From assembly GCA_964634595.1 (NCBI GenBank), contig CAZWKU010000001.1:3688-67687 (forward strand): DNA of 64,000 nt, read 5' to 3'. Shown one piece after another: positions 10,193-18,255 of the stretch (positions are counted from its first letter, which is position 1; the number at the start of each line of letters is the position of its first letter). Origin of the DNA: an uncultured Candidatus Saccharibacteria bacterium. GTDB taxonomy: Bacteria > Patescibacteriota > Minisyncoccia > Phycocordibacterales > Phycocordibacteraceae. The notes below the pieces were generated by a model that saw only the letters and a list, made by a program, of their open reading frames with translations, searched no databases and was not told where the DNA came from. The position numbers and the translations under genes are program-made.

Positions 10193-11171
10193 CCGAGTAC
10201 AGGTCGTCACCCTCAGGTGCCGCTGGTTTCGAATCGACGTGCGTCGTATTGGGGAAGACGGGTGGCGGCACCTCGGTAGTGTTTGGGCTGTTACCGCCAA
10301 GGTAAACTTGGGGCGACTCACTTGCCTGCTCGAGAGCCTCGCGCGCGGCGAGCGAAGACACGAGCACTGACAGATCTTCGGGCGAAAAGAAGTCGATCAT
10401 CAACCGACCACCCTGCTCATTTGCCTCGATAATGACGCGCGTGCCAAGTGTCTCGGTCAATGTTTTTTCTATTTCGCTCATTTCGGGGCTTTTACGGTGA
10501 TGCTTGCGCACACGATCTTGGGCGATAGATCGAGCTATCTGTTCGGCAGCACGCACCGTCATCTTTTTAAGCACAATTTCTCTAAAGAGCGTCTCCCGCT
10601 GTTCGGGCTTTTCATTAAGCGCTAAGAGAGCGCGCGCGTGACCCTCGGTCACCTCTTTATCAACAATCGCCTGTTGCATATACTCAGGCAAGGAGAGTAG
10701 TCGCACACTGTTTGAGACAAACTCACGGCTCTTCCCTATCTTTGCCGCCACTTGCGCGTGGGTGAGACCAAACTCCTTGATAAGTTGTTCGAGCGCTTTG
10801 GCGCGATCGACTGCATTTAGGTCTTCACGCTGCAAATTTTCAATAATCGCGAGCTCGAGCTTGGTGAGATTGTTCTCGCCTTGGCGAATAACTGCCGGTA
10901 TAGCCTGCAGGCCAATTAATTTGCACGCGCGGAGCCTTCGTTCACCCGAGATCAGCTCGTACTCACTCCCCAGACCCCCGTCTGGCTTTTGCACGTCACT
11001 ACGGGTCACTACGATGGGCTGCAAGACGCCGTACTGGCGTATCGACTCACCCAAGGCGCGCAATTTATCATTATCGAACTCGCGCCGTGGCTGGTAGGGG
11101 TTTGGCTTAATCTTGTCGACCTCGATCCAAAAAATCGAGTCGTATTTGGTGGGTACATACGTATCGCTCAT
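10173..11171 (-). CDS. parB: chromosome partitioning protein ParB/Spo0J
   Basis: ParB box (LQPIVV...ISGERRLRACKL) and an HTH. Confidence 0.9.
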   Translation of the reverse strand: MSDTYVPTKYDSIFWIEVDKIKPNPYQPRREFDNDKLRALGESIRQYGVLQPIVVTRSDVQKPDGGLGSEYELISGERRLRACKLIGLQAIPAVIRQGENNLTKLELAIIENLQREDLNAVDRAKALEQLIKEFGLTHAQVAAKIGKSREFVSNSVRLLSLPEYMQQAIVDKEVTEGHARALLALNEKPEQRETLFREIVLKKMTVRAAEQIARSIAQDRVRKHHRKSPEMSEIEKTLTETLGTRVIIEANEQGGRLMIDFFSPEDLSVLVSSLAAREALEQASESPQVYLGGNSPNTTEVPPPVFPNTTHVDSKPAAPEGDDLYSVKNFVV

Positions 11172-11390
11172 GAAAAATATATTACCACGTGTCAGGGAGA
11201 GACATGGTCACGCATAAACACTGCTGTGTTTTGCGCGACCCCGGCTCGGCATCGCTTTGCGATATGCCTGCGCTATTCAAGTCTCTCACGCACCATGCGC
11301 AGGCATGGTGCTCCCCGGCACAGCGTTCACTTTGCTCACGTCTGTGCCGGGGGAGTTCGTCTTCGAAAGAACTTTATACAGACGCACTAG

Positions 11391-11473
11391 GACAGATACA
11401 GAATCGAAATGGTCAGAATTTTCCCGCGCGGCGGCTACCGCCGCGTAGAGGGGATGCGCCGTGCCAGAGACTT
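11391..11473. repeat. left arm of long inverted repeat (83-bp core, outer end GACAGATACAGAATCG)
   Basis: Reverse complement of 13478-13560 with 4 mismatches. Degenerate similarity continues inward to about 11555. Confidence 0.85.
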
Positions 11474-11644
11474 TAGTTCGAGAATACAAACCCAAACCCA
11501 AAGATTTTTTGAAGAAAAGAGAAGCGAATTTTTTGGCGGGGAGAGAGGGGAATACCTGAAGCCCGTAGTGTGCTTGCCCCACCCTCCGTGCGCGCACCAG
11601 CCCCTTCGCCGAGCTTTGGTTCTCGTCGAAGCTCCCTAAAATTT

Positions 11645-12181
11645 CTATCCTCTCTTTTTCCGACTGCCGTTACCTGCCTTTCTTTGGGCTTTCATTTGAG
11701 CGAGTATATTATCTCGTCGAATATCGGCGACATAATCAATTTCTGTTAAGGACGGGATACGGAAGCTCATCACCGTGCAATCATTGCGACTGGTGATCAC
11801 AAAGTCGCCGAGCGTGATGATGTCCATGCCGATAAGCACATCAATCGGGGAGTCGTCCCCCAAATTTCCTTCCGTTACCACTACATTCTGAACCATTACG
11901 TTGCTCGGCAGGGCGACGTTGACGAGATAGGTATCTTTGATGTCGCTACCATTTGCCGTGTTCACTTTCTTTTTGCCCGTGGGTTTCAAACCGAGATGGG
12001 CAACCACTTTAGGAGTGATGACCGAGCCGGTTGCGCCGGTATCCCAAATGCCCTTGAATGTCCCAATGACGAGATCTTTCTGATCTCGTATATCGCCTAA
12101 AAACGGCATGCAAATACCGACTTCACTTTGTAGAACGAGTAATTTCCCATTCTGGCCTCGTATTGTTAAGGCACTCGGCAT
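11645..12181 (-). CDS. retropepsin-like (clan AA) aspartic protease, module copy 1
   Basis: 178 aa. Active-site block KGIWDTGATGSVIT and a downstream hydrophobic-Gly motif (VLIGMDIITLGDFVI), typical of single-domain retropepsin-like proteases. Confidence 0.65.
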   Translation of the reverse strand: MPSALTIRGQNGKLLVLQSEVGICMPFLGDIRDQKDLVIGTFKGIWDTGATGSVITPKVVAHLGLKPTGKKKVNTANGSDIKDTYLVNVALPSNVMVQNVVVTEGNLGDDSPIDVLIGMDIITLGDFVITSRNDCTVMSFRIPSLTEIDYVADIRRDNILAQMKAQRKAGNGSRKKRG

Positions 12182-12190
12182 AGAAGGAAA

Positions 12191-12436
12191 TTAGATAGAC
12201 ACTCGAGAATAGAATGTCTGGGTGTAGTTTTCTGCTCCGGGCTCGACGCGCTGAATAAGGAATGTACCGAGCTCGTTATCTTTCTGCGCCCCCTCGTATG
12301 CCTCAATCTCTGAATCGTATGAGCCGATGACTTGCTGATTTTTTATCACCACAAATTTCCCTTCGTATTTCGCAACGAGTTCTTTTTGATGTGTGGTGTA
12401 GTATTCGAACTCCTTTGTGAGGGGGTCAGAAGCCAT
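12191..12436 (-). CDS. small partner protein of the aspartic-protease module (copy 1), hypothetical
   Basis: 81 aa, 10 nt upstream of and co-oriented with the protease. Homologous to 45809-46012 (KFVVIKNQQVIGSYD...TFLIQRVEPGAENY vs KWVALSKDNKKVIAYD...TFMKVPASDVY). Confidence 0.5.
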   Translation of the reverse strand: MASDPLTKEFEYYTTHQKELVAKYEGKFVVIKNQQVIGSYDSEIEAYEGAQKDNELGTFLIQRVEPGAENYTQTFYSRVSI

Positions 12437-12522
12437 ATACAGGTAACTATATCATAGTGGGTATTAGAGAACCACACGCGCCATAGTCGGGCTGTATACT
12501 GTCGTTATGCGATATTTTCTCT

Positions 12523-13480
12523 ATGCGCGCAAAAGCGCGACAAGGGCATTTCCCCGGCACTGCGCCATTTGGGTATTTGAATAATCCAGCGACTAAAACT
12601 ATCGTGGTTGATCGCAAAAAAGCTCCTATCGTTAAAGCCGCCTTCGAGCTCTACTCTAAAAACGATTCGACCTTAGACGACATCTCTCAATTTCTTTTTA
12701 ACGGCGGCGTCAAAAGCTATGGCGGCTTTGCTCTCCATAAAAACCGCATCAAGTTCGTTCTCGCCAATCCATTTTATTATGGGCAGTTTTTGTATGGTGG
12801 TGAATTGTATGAAGGAAAGCATTTGCCACTCATCACCAAGGCTTTGTTCGATAAAGTGCAAAAGGTGATGCTTGAGCGAAGCCATCCGCAAGTCTTTAAA
12901 GTACAACCTCAAGCATTTTGCGGCCTCATGTTTTGTGGAGAGTGCGGTTTTATGATTACCGCCGAGAAACAAAAAGGGCATGTGTACTATCGCTGTACCA
13001 AAAAAGCGGCGCTTCGCTGTTCACAACGCTATACCCGTGAAGAACAACTCGCCGCCGATTTTTCCGACCTCATTAGTATGTTTGTCCTGTCCGAGAAATG
13101 GGCACGAGATTTTGAGCATCGTATGAAAATTGATAGTCGCGAGTCCGGTCGGACGACTGCCGAGGCAGTCGCAAGGTTCAGGAGTGAGATAGTGGAGATA
13201 GGCCAGAAGCTCGATCGTCTTATGGATCTCTATATTTCGCAGGATATTGAGCGCGACTTGTATTTGGCAAAACGTCGCGCGCTTATGTCCGACAAGCGGA
13301 CGAAGGAGGAGCAAATCTTGAGTTTGGAGAAGAACAGCTCTGCATGGCTCGAACCGATGTCCAGGTGGATAAATGAGGCAGAAAATCTAGCCCAAATACA
13401 AAATGCCCCCTCTCTCCCCGCCAAAAAATCCGCCCTTCAAAAAATCTTCGGCTCGAACCTGAAACTCCAAAACCAAAAAG
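12523..13480 (+). pseudogene. large serine recombinase remnant with the N-terminal resolvase catalytic domain missing
   Basis: Begins inside the alpha-E linker (RAKARQGHFPGTAPFGY), then the recombinase domain, a zinc ribbon (CGECG...YYRC...C) and a coiled coil. Only 86 bp lie upstream before the divergent gene, so there is no room for a catalytic domain. The listed ORF reads on through the repeat and tRNA by chance. Confidence 0.85.
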
Positions 13481-13560
13481 TCTCTGGCACGGCGCATCCA
13501 CTCTACGCGGCGGTAGCCGCCGCGCGGGAAAATCCCGACCATCTCGATTCTGTATCTGTC
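13478..13560. repeat. right arm of long inverted repeat, abutting the 3' end of tRNA-Leu(CAA)
   Basis: 95% identical (79/83) to the reverse complement of 11391-11473. Contains the hairpins CGCGGCGG-tag-CCGCCGCG and CGGGA-aaa-TCCCG. Confidence 0.85.
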
Positions 13561-13561
13561 G

Positions 13562-13645
13562 TGGTGCCGGGGGAGAGACTTGAACTCTCAAGACTTGCGT
13601 CGGTGGGTTTTGAATCCACTGCGTTTACCATTTCGCCACCCCGGC
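13562..13645 (-). tRNA. tRNA-Leu (anticodon CAA), class II
   Basis: Minus-strand sequence GCCGGGGTGGCGAAATGGTAAACGCAGTGGATTCAAAACCCAC...GAGAGTTCAAGTCTCTCCCCCGGCACCA. Anticodon loop UUCAAAA, long variable arm, T-arm GAGAG/TTCAAGT/CTCTC. Confidence 0.8.
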
Positions 13646-13732
13646 AATATGCATATCCTACGCCAAAAACGGCTTTTTGAGAATTGTGTGAGCCGTGCTA
13701 CCTTGCACCCAGATCGAACAAGGAGAACTGTT

Positions 13733-14458
13733 GTGCTCACAAGAGAAAAAGTGATTCTTGCCCTTGACCACCCGACCCTAGACGAAGCACTTGCTTGTGC
13801 GAGGCTGTGCGCTAACTATGTGTACGGCTTTAAGCTTGAGCGCCTTCTGCTGTGTCGAGAGGGCCCGCGCGAAGCGATCCGAGCAGTAAAAGAAATTGGT
13901 GGGCACGTTGTGTTTGCGGACGCAAAAATACACACTATCCCGGACACTGCTGCGGCCATGGTCGTCAAGCTTGCAGGGTACGGTGCGGACATAATCAGCG
14001 CCCACGCCTCAGGTGGCGAGGCAATGCTTACAGCCTGCGTAAGCGCGTATGCGTCTATACCCCTCACGAAAACTGGTGGCATTGTGCCTATCACGCTATT
14101 GACCTCGATAGGGGCAGATGAATGCTACCGCATCTACCTGAGAGATAGGCCGAGAAACGTGGTCTTGCAATTCGCACAGCTGGCTGATCAAGTAGGGGCA
14201 TATGGCGTAGTTTGTTCCGGAGAAGAACTACTTGATCTTAAGGACAGATTCTTGGGTCAAAAACGGCTTGTTACCGGATTACGCTCACCAGGAGAACCTT
14301 CTCGTGATCAAATCCGTGTCGCAACCCCAGCACAGGCACTGACAAAAGGTGCTGACCTATTAATCATCGGGCGACAAATCACCACAAAAGGAGATCCGAG
14401 GTCTGCAATGACCGCACTCAACGACCAGCTCGAGCAAGCTCTTTCTACGCCCGGGTAG
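13733..14458 (+). CDS. pyrF: orotidine 5'-phosphate decarboxylase
   Basis: Contains ILALD and FADAKIHTIPDT (DxKxxDIPxT signature). AGGAGA RBS sits 6 nt before GTG 13733. The longer listed ORF starts at 13580, inside the tRNA. Confidence 0.8.
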   Translation: MLTREKVILALDHPTLDEALACARLCANYVYGFKLERLLLCREGPREAIRAVKEIGGHVVFADAKIHTIPDTAAAMVVKLAGYGADIISAHASGGEAMLTACVSAYASIPLTKTGGIVPITLLTSIGADECYRIYLRDRPRNVVLQFAQLADQVGAYGVVCSGEELLDLKDRFLGQKRLVTGLRSPGEPSRDQIRVATPAQALTKGADLLIIGRQITTKGDPRSAMTALNDQLEQALSTPG

Positions 14459-14597
14459 CACAGCGATATCGTAAATTCGCAATGCTTTTTACGACCCCTC
14501 CGGCATCTGACCAAAGATGCATGAGGGGTTTTCTCTTTCTCCCCTGCCATGGTACGCTCTGCGCGGACAATCGTATCTTTTCTAAGGGAGATGACAC

Positions 14598-15323
14598 ATG
14601 TACACAGATCCTAACTGGGAAGAAAAATTCAAACGAATAGGGGCTTTTTGGCGGCACTCTGGGGATCCTTGCAGGCCGTATGCCCTGCTCACGAACAGCC
14701 TCATAACCGACAGCTTCTTTAACGCAGATCGTGTGTTTTCTAATCCGCAAGTGACCGAGCAGGCGATCGGTCATCTTATACACCACCCCACCTATCGTCA
14801 CATCCTCGAAGCGACACTCATGAAGCAGGCGCCGCAACCCGTGCGCGGGACCACAATGAGTGATCCCATACCGTCATATCAAGAGAATGGCCCGCTTCGC
14901 CCAACACGAATCATCGGCATTGCCTACGGCGGGATTATCCCTGCGTATTCAGCGGCACATCACGCCGGTGCCGCGTGCGGCTATGCTACGAAAAGGCCAG
15001 ACGACACTCTCTCACTTGGCCGGTGCGAGATTGCCGAGCGCGACAGCATTGTCATTATCGAAGACACTATCTCGACTGGGGGCACTGTCCGCAAGCTACG
15101 CGTGGCTATAGAGCAAGGGTATCCAAACACGCGTATCGTTAAGTGCGTGCTCACGCTGTGCAATCGCTCAGGGTCAACTAACTTTGACGACTTCGAAATC
15201 GTGGCGCTCTTCTCTCCACTGTACCGTACCTGGAAACGCGGGAAAAACCCGTTCACCAAAGATGGGCAGGAGCATGTGGAGCCGGTGCATCCAAAGCCAC
15301 ACTGGGATGAATTTGTGAACTAG
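14598..15323 (+). CDS. type I phosphoribosyltransferase, probably orotate PRTase (PyrE-like)
   Basis: PRPP-binding motif VIIEDTISTGGTV. Lies adjacent to pyrF. AAGGGAGA RBS. Confidence 0.55.
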   Translation: MYTDPNWEEKFKRIGAFWRHSGDPCRPYALLTNSLITDSFFNADRVFSNPQVTEQAIGHLIHHPTYRHILEATLMKQAPQPVRGTTMSDPIPSYQENGPLRPTRIIGIAYGGIIPAYSAAHHAGAACGYATKRPDDTLSLGRCEIAERDSIVIIEDTISTGGTVRKLRVAIEQGYPNTRIVKCVLTLCNRSGSTNFDDFEIVALFSPLYRTWKRGKNPFTKDGQEHVEPVHPKPHWDEFVN

Positions 15324-15363
15324 CGGCTATACTTAGCAAGACCGGCGCGAAAGCGCCGGTTCT

Positions 15364-16023
15364 TTATATTTTGCCAACAAGATCGAGGCCAGGCTCCAAG
15401 GTCTCGTTGCCCTCCTCCCAGCTTGCGGGGCATACCTGCCCCTTGTGAGTCTCGACATATTGCGCGGCTTTAAGTTTGCGAAGCGTTTCTGCCCCTTTAC
15501 GACCCATTGAGTTGTCATTGATCTCCATAGCCCGCAGAACACCCTGCGGATCGATAATGAAGGTACCGCGCATCGCGAGCCCCTCATCGACAGTCAATTG
15601 GGGCTCACCACCCTCGATAAGCACCCCAAAGGCGTAGGAGAGCTTGCCCGAGGGGTCAGCCGCCATCGGGTAGGTGACCTGTTTGATTGCCGGAGAGGTG
15701 TCGTGCCACGCCTTGTGCACTTCGACGGTGTCGGTTGAGACAGAAATTACCTCCGCCCCGAGTTCCTGGAATTTCGGATAGAGCTTTGCTATCTCCTCAA
15801 GTTCGGTCGGGCACACGAAGGTAAAGTCAGCAGGGTAAAATATGAGTACCACCCATTTGCCACGAAGCGAAGAGAGCGAGAGCGTGTGACGCTCATCTTT
15901 GTGGTATACCTCAAACTCAAAATCAGGCACGGTCTCACCTACCTTGATCGAACAGGTATAATCACGTACGTGATCATGAAATTGTCCGCAGTGTTCGCAG
16001 TAGTTGCTTTTGGTTTCTTTCAT
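15364..16023 (-). CDS. peroxiredoxin (AhpC/TSA family) with an N-terminal CxxC...C extension
   Basis: FYPADFTFVCPTE, GTFIIDP and a C-terminal CPASW. Has an about 25-aa N-terminal extension, CEHCGQFHDHVRDYTC. Confidence 0.85.
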   Translation of the reverse strand: MKETKSNYCEHCGQFHDHVRDYTCSIKVGETVPDFEFEVYHKDERHTLSLSSLRGKWVVLIFYPADFTFVCPTELEEIAKLYPKFQELGAEVISVSTDTVEVHKAWHDTSPAIKQVTYPMAADPSGKLSYAFGVLIEGGEPQLTVDEGLAMRGTFIIDPQGVLRAMEINDNSMGRKGAETLRKLKAAQYVETHKGQVCPASWEEGNETLEPGLDLVGKI

Positions 16024-16108
16024 GGCTTAGACATTAGTGTTGTTAGGCTCTAGCGTGAACATCATAGCAAATTGCGCTTTTAAACTAAAGCTTATAGCCT
16101 AGTGTCTA

Positions 16109-16939
16109 ATGACTATCCTCTGCATCATAGGTCCTACCGCCTCAGGCAAATCTGCTCGAGCAGTAGAGAGTGCCCTCGCACAAGGTGGGGAGGTAATATC
16201 GGTAGATTCGCGACAAGTGTATCGCACCCTCGATATTGGGACTGAAAAGATTTCTCATGAAGAAGCGAGGGGAGTGCCCCACCACCTTATCGATATACGC
16301 GACCCTGAAGAGTCGTACTCTGCAGGCGACTTTGTGGCTGACGCAACCCGCCTTATTGGTGAGATACATGCGCGGGGCAAGCTCCCCATTCTCGTAGGCG
16401 GCACGCATTTTTATTTCGACGCACTCATCAATGGGCTCCCTGCGTCAGTACCACCCAATCCTGCTCTCCGTAGAGAACTTGCTGCAGTTCCATATATGGA
16501 GCTGTATGAAATGGTGAAAAAAAAAGACCCGCGCCGTGCTAAAGAGCTCGACCCCAACAATCGCCGTCGCCTTGTCCGCGCGCTTGAGATCATCGACGCG
16601 CTCGGCACCGTACCCACGAGAGTTGCGCATAAAAAAATCATCGACCCAGAAATGGAGATCACGTGGGTGGCAGTGAACCCCCCACCAGCAGAGCTGAAGC
16701 AACGTATTGAGGCGCGCCTCAAGGCCGCGCTCGCGCGCGGCCTTGTTGAGGAGGTGCGCCGCGTGCAAGAGCGCGTGGGAGAGGCGCGCCTCAGAGAGTT
16801 TGGGCTTGAGTATAAGGTGGTCGGAGAGCATCTACGGGGCGAGCGCGCCGAAGCATCGCTCCTCCCCGCCCTCTCTGCAAAACTGTGGCAGTATGCCCGC
16901 AATCAAAAAGCATGGCTTAAAAAACTCACCTCGCCCTGA
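16109..16939 (+). CDS. miaA: tRNA dimethylallyltransferase
   Basis: GPTASGKS P-loop and DSRQVYRTLDIGTEK. Confidence 0.9.
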   Translation: MTILCIIGPTASGKSARAVESALAQGGEVISVDSRQVYRTLDIGTEKISHEEARGVPHHLIDIRDPEESYSAGDFVADATRLIGEIHARGKLPILVGGTHFYFDALINGLPASVPPNPALRRELAAVPYMELYEMVKKKDPRRAKELDPNNRRRLVRALEIIDALGTVPTRVAHKKIIDPEMEITWVAVNPPPAELKQRIEARLKAALARGLVEEVRRVQERVGEARLREFGLEYKVVGEHLRGERAEASLLPALSAKLWQYARNQKAWLKKLTSP

Positions 16940-17951
16940 TATTTTCGCAATCACGTGTTACGAGCACATCCCAGTGCGTACTCTCACGCACCCACACATT
17001 ACCGCATCCGTCTTCGTATGAAGGCCCGCCCCCGTCACCTGCGCGCTGTCCGGCATACTTTAACTGCCCAGAGTCATATATTTTACCAACGGGAGGCGTA
17101 CGGCAGGGCCCTCCGCAGGCAAAAGTGTCTAGTTGTGGCGTGTCAGCAAGATCAATCTTGTAGCCGCTCGCGTGACTCTGCGCGCCCGAAGCGTGCCCGA
17201 GTTCAGAGCCGCCTGTAATCATAGTCGCAGAGCAAAAAGTCCCGCATGCTAAGCGTATTTTTTTTGCGTACGAGATAGTGGCAGGTTGCAAACCGCCCAC
17301 ATCAGTACAGCCACCCGGTACACTTTGATAGGGGGTGTCGGGGGGGCACCATGATTTATTTACCAATACCCCAGTCGAGCCCAAATTAGAGCGTACACTA
17401 TTTTCAAGCGCCTGCTTTTGAGCGGCCGTGGTACCTGACGGGGGCTTTGGTGTGGTGGTGGTAGTGATAGGCGGTGCATTCGAGATAGGTGGCCGTGGTG
17501 TAGGCAAGATCTTGGGGAGACACACGTTCGCACCGCCTGAAGTAATTATTTCGTACCATTGTGTGCCGAAACCCTTTGCGCTTGGATCATAGAAAACCGC
17601 CATAACCGCCCCCACAATAACCCAGCCCGACAACGCTACAACCAACCCGATGACGAGATTCATGAGCATCTCTTTTGCCTTTGACTTGCCCGATGGGCTG
17701 ATGGGGTTAAAAACGAGCAAGAAGCCCGCATAGGCTATCACCAGGGGCGCGATAAAAAAGATCAGGATGCTAAGCCCAAAGAGAATAAGGTTATTGATGA
17801 CAAGGAGCACAGCACCCCACCCAAGTGCATTCACTCCATCGCTACACTCTGGGACGATGGGGCCAAAAAAAGGTATCGATTTAGCGCTGGCAACAAGGGG
17901 GAGGACAAATACCAAAATAGCTACCGCCGTGGTGCGAACACGATGAGACAT
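16926..17951 (-). CDS. pilin-like two-TM domain fused to a Pro/Thr-rich linker and a Cys-rich extracellular C-terminal domain
   Basis: The N-terminal 130 aa share the conserved block of the 33561-35962 array (KAKEMLMNLVIGLVVALSGWVIVGAV vs EKGRNLMLWGLIGFFVMVSVWGLV). Then PTPRPPISNAPPITTTTTPKPPSGTT, then a Cys-rich domain. Confidence 0.5.
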   Translation of the reverse strand: MSHRVRTTAVAILVFVLPLVASAKSIPFFGPIVPECSDGVNALGWGAVLLVINNLILFGLSILIFFIAPLVIAYAGFLLVFNPISPSGKSKAKEMLMNLVIGLVVALSGWVIVGAVMAVFYDPSAKGFGTQWYEIITSGGANVCLPKILPTPRPPISNAPPITTTTTPKPPSGTTAAQKQALENSVRSNLGSTGVLVNKSWCPPDTPYQSVPGGCTDVGGLQPATISYAKKIRLACGTFCSATMITGGSELGHASGAQSHASGYKIDLADTPQLDTFACGGPCRTPPVGKIYDSGQLKYAGQRAGDGGGPSYEDGCGNVWVRESTHWDVLVTRDCENIRAR

Positions 17952-17997
17952 AGCTTGTATTGTAGCACCTAGAAATCTCTGCTATCGTTTAACCCAC

Positions 17998-18068
17998 GGG
18001 TCCATCGTATAGTGGTAGTACAGCGGTCTCCAAAACCGCTAGCGTAGGTCCGATTCCTACTGGACCCG
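17998..18068 (+). tRNA. tRNA-Trp (anticodon CCA)
   Basis: GGGTCCA acceptor, anticodon stem GCGGT/ACCGC with loop CUCCAAA, T-arm GTAGG/TCCGATT/CCTAC. Confidence 0.85.
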
Positions 18069-18070
18069 CA

Positions 18071-18226
18071 CTACTTTTTCGCCTCTTTGAAAAGCACGCG
18101 CTTGCGGAGCGTGGGGTCAAACTTTTTTAGCTCAATCTTACGCTCGACACCCTTGCGATTTTTGCGGCTCCAATAAACGTATCCCGACTTCGTCGATTTG
18201 AGTTTTATGAGATTATCCTGCGACAT
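18071..18226 (-). CDS. rpmG: 50S ribosomal protein L33 (below the ORF-track size cutoff)
   Basis: Minus-strand translation MSQDNLIKLKSTKSGYVYWSRKNRKGVERKIELKKFDPTLRKRVLFKEAKK (51 aa). Confidence 0.8.
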   Translation of the reverse strand: MSQDNLIKLKSTKSGYVYWSRKNRKGVERKIELKKFDPTLRKRVLFKEAKK

Positions 18227-18255
18227 GTAGAGCGAATCTACCAGAGATCGAGCCG

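Noticed and set aside
11189-11597. Listed ORFs 10989-11390, 11189-11476, 11257-11448, 11286-11597 and 13283-13591 that translate the repeat arms.
   Set aside because: They lie inside or on both strands of the inverted repeat and the parB upstream region and give matching translations purely because the DNA is repeated. No RBS supports them. They are treated as non-coding repeat DNA.
13580-13732. 5' extension of the pyrF ORF (MNSQDLRRWV...).
   Set aside because: It runs antisense through tRNA-Leu(CAA). An AGGAGA RBS supports the GTG at 13733, and the ILALD core begins right after it.
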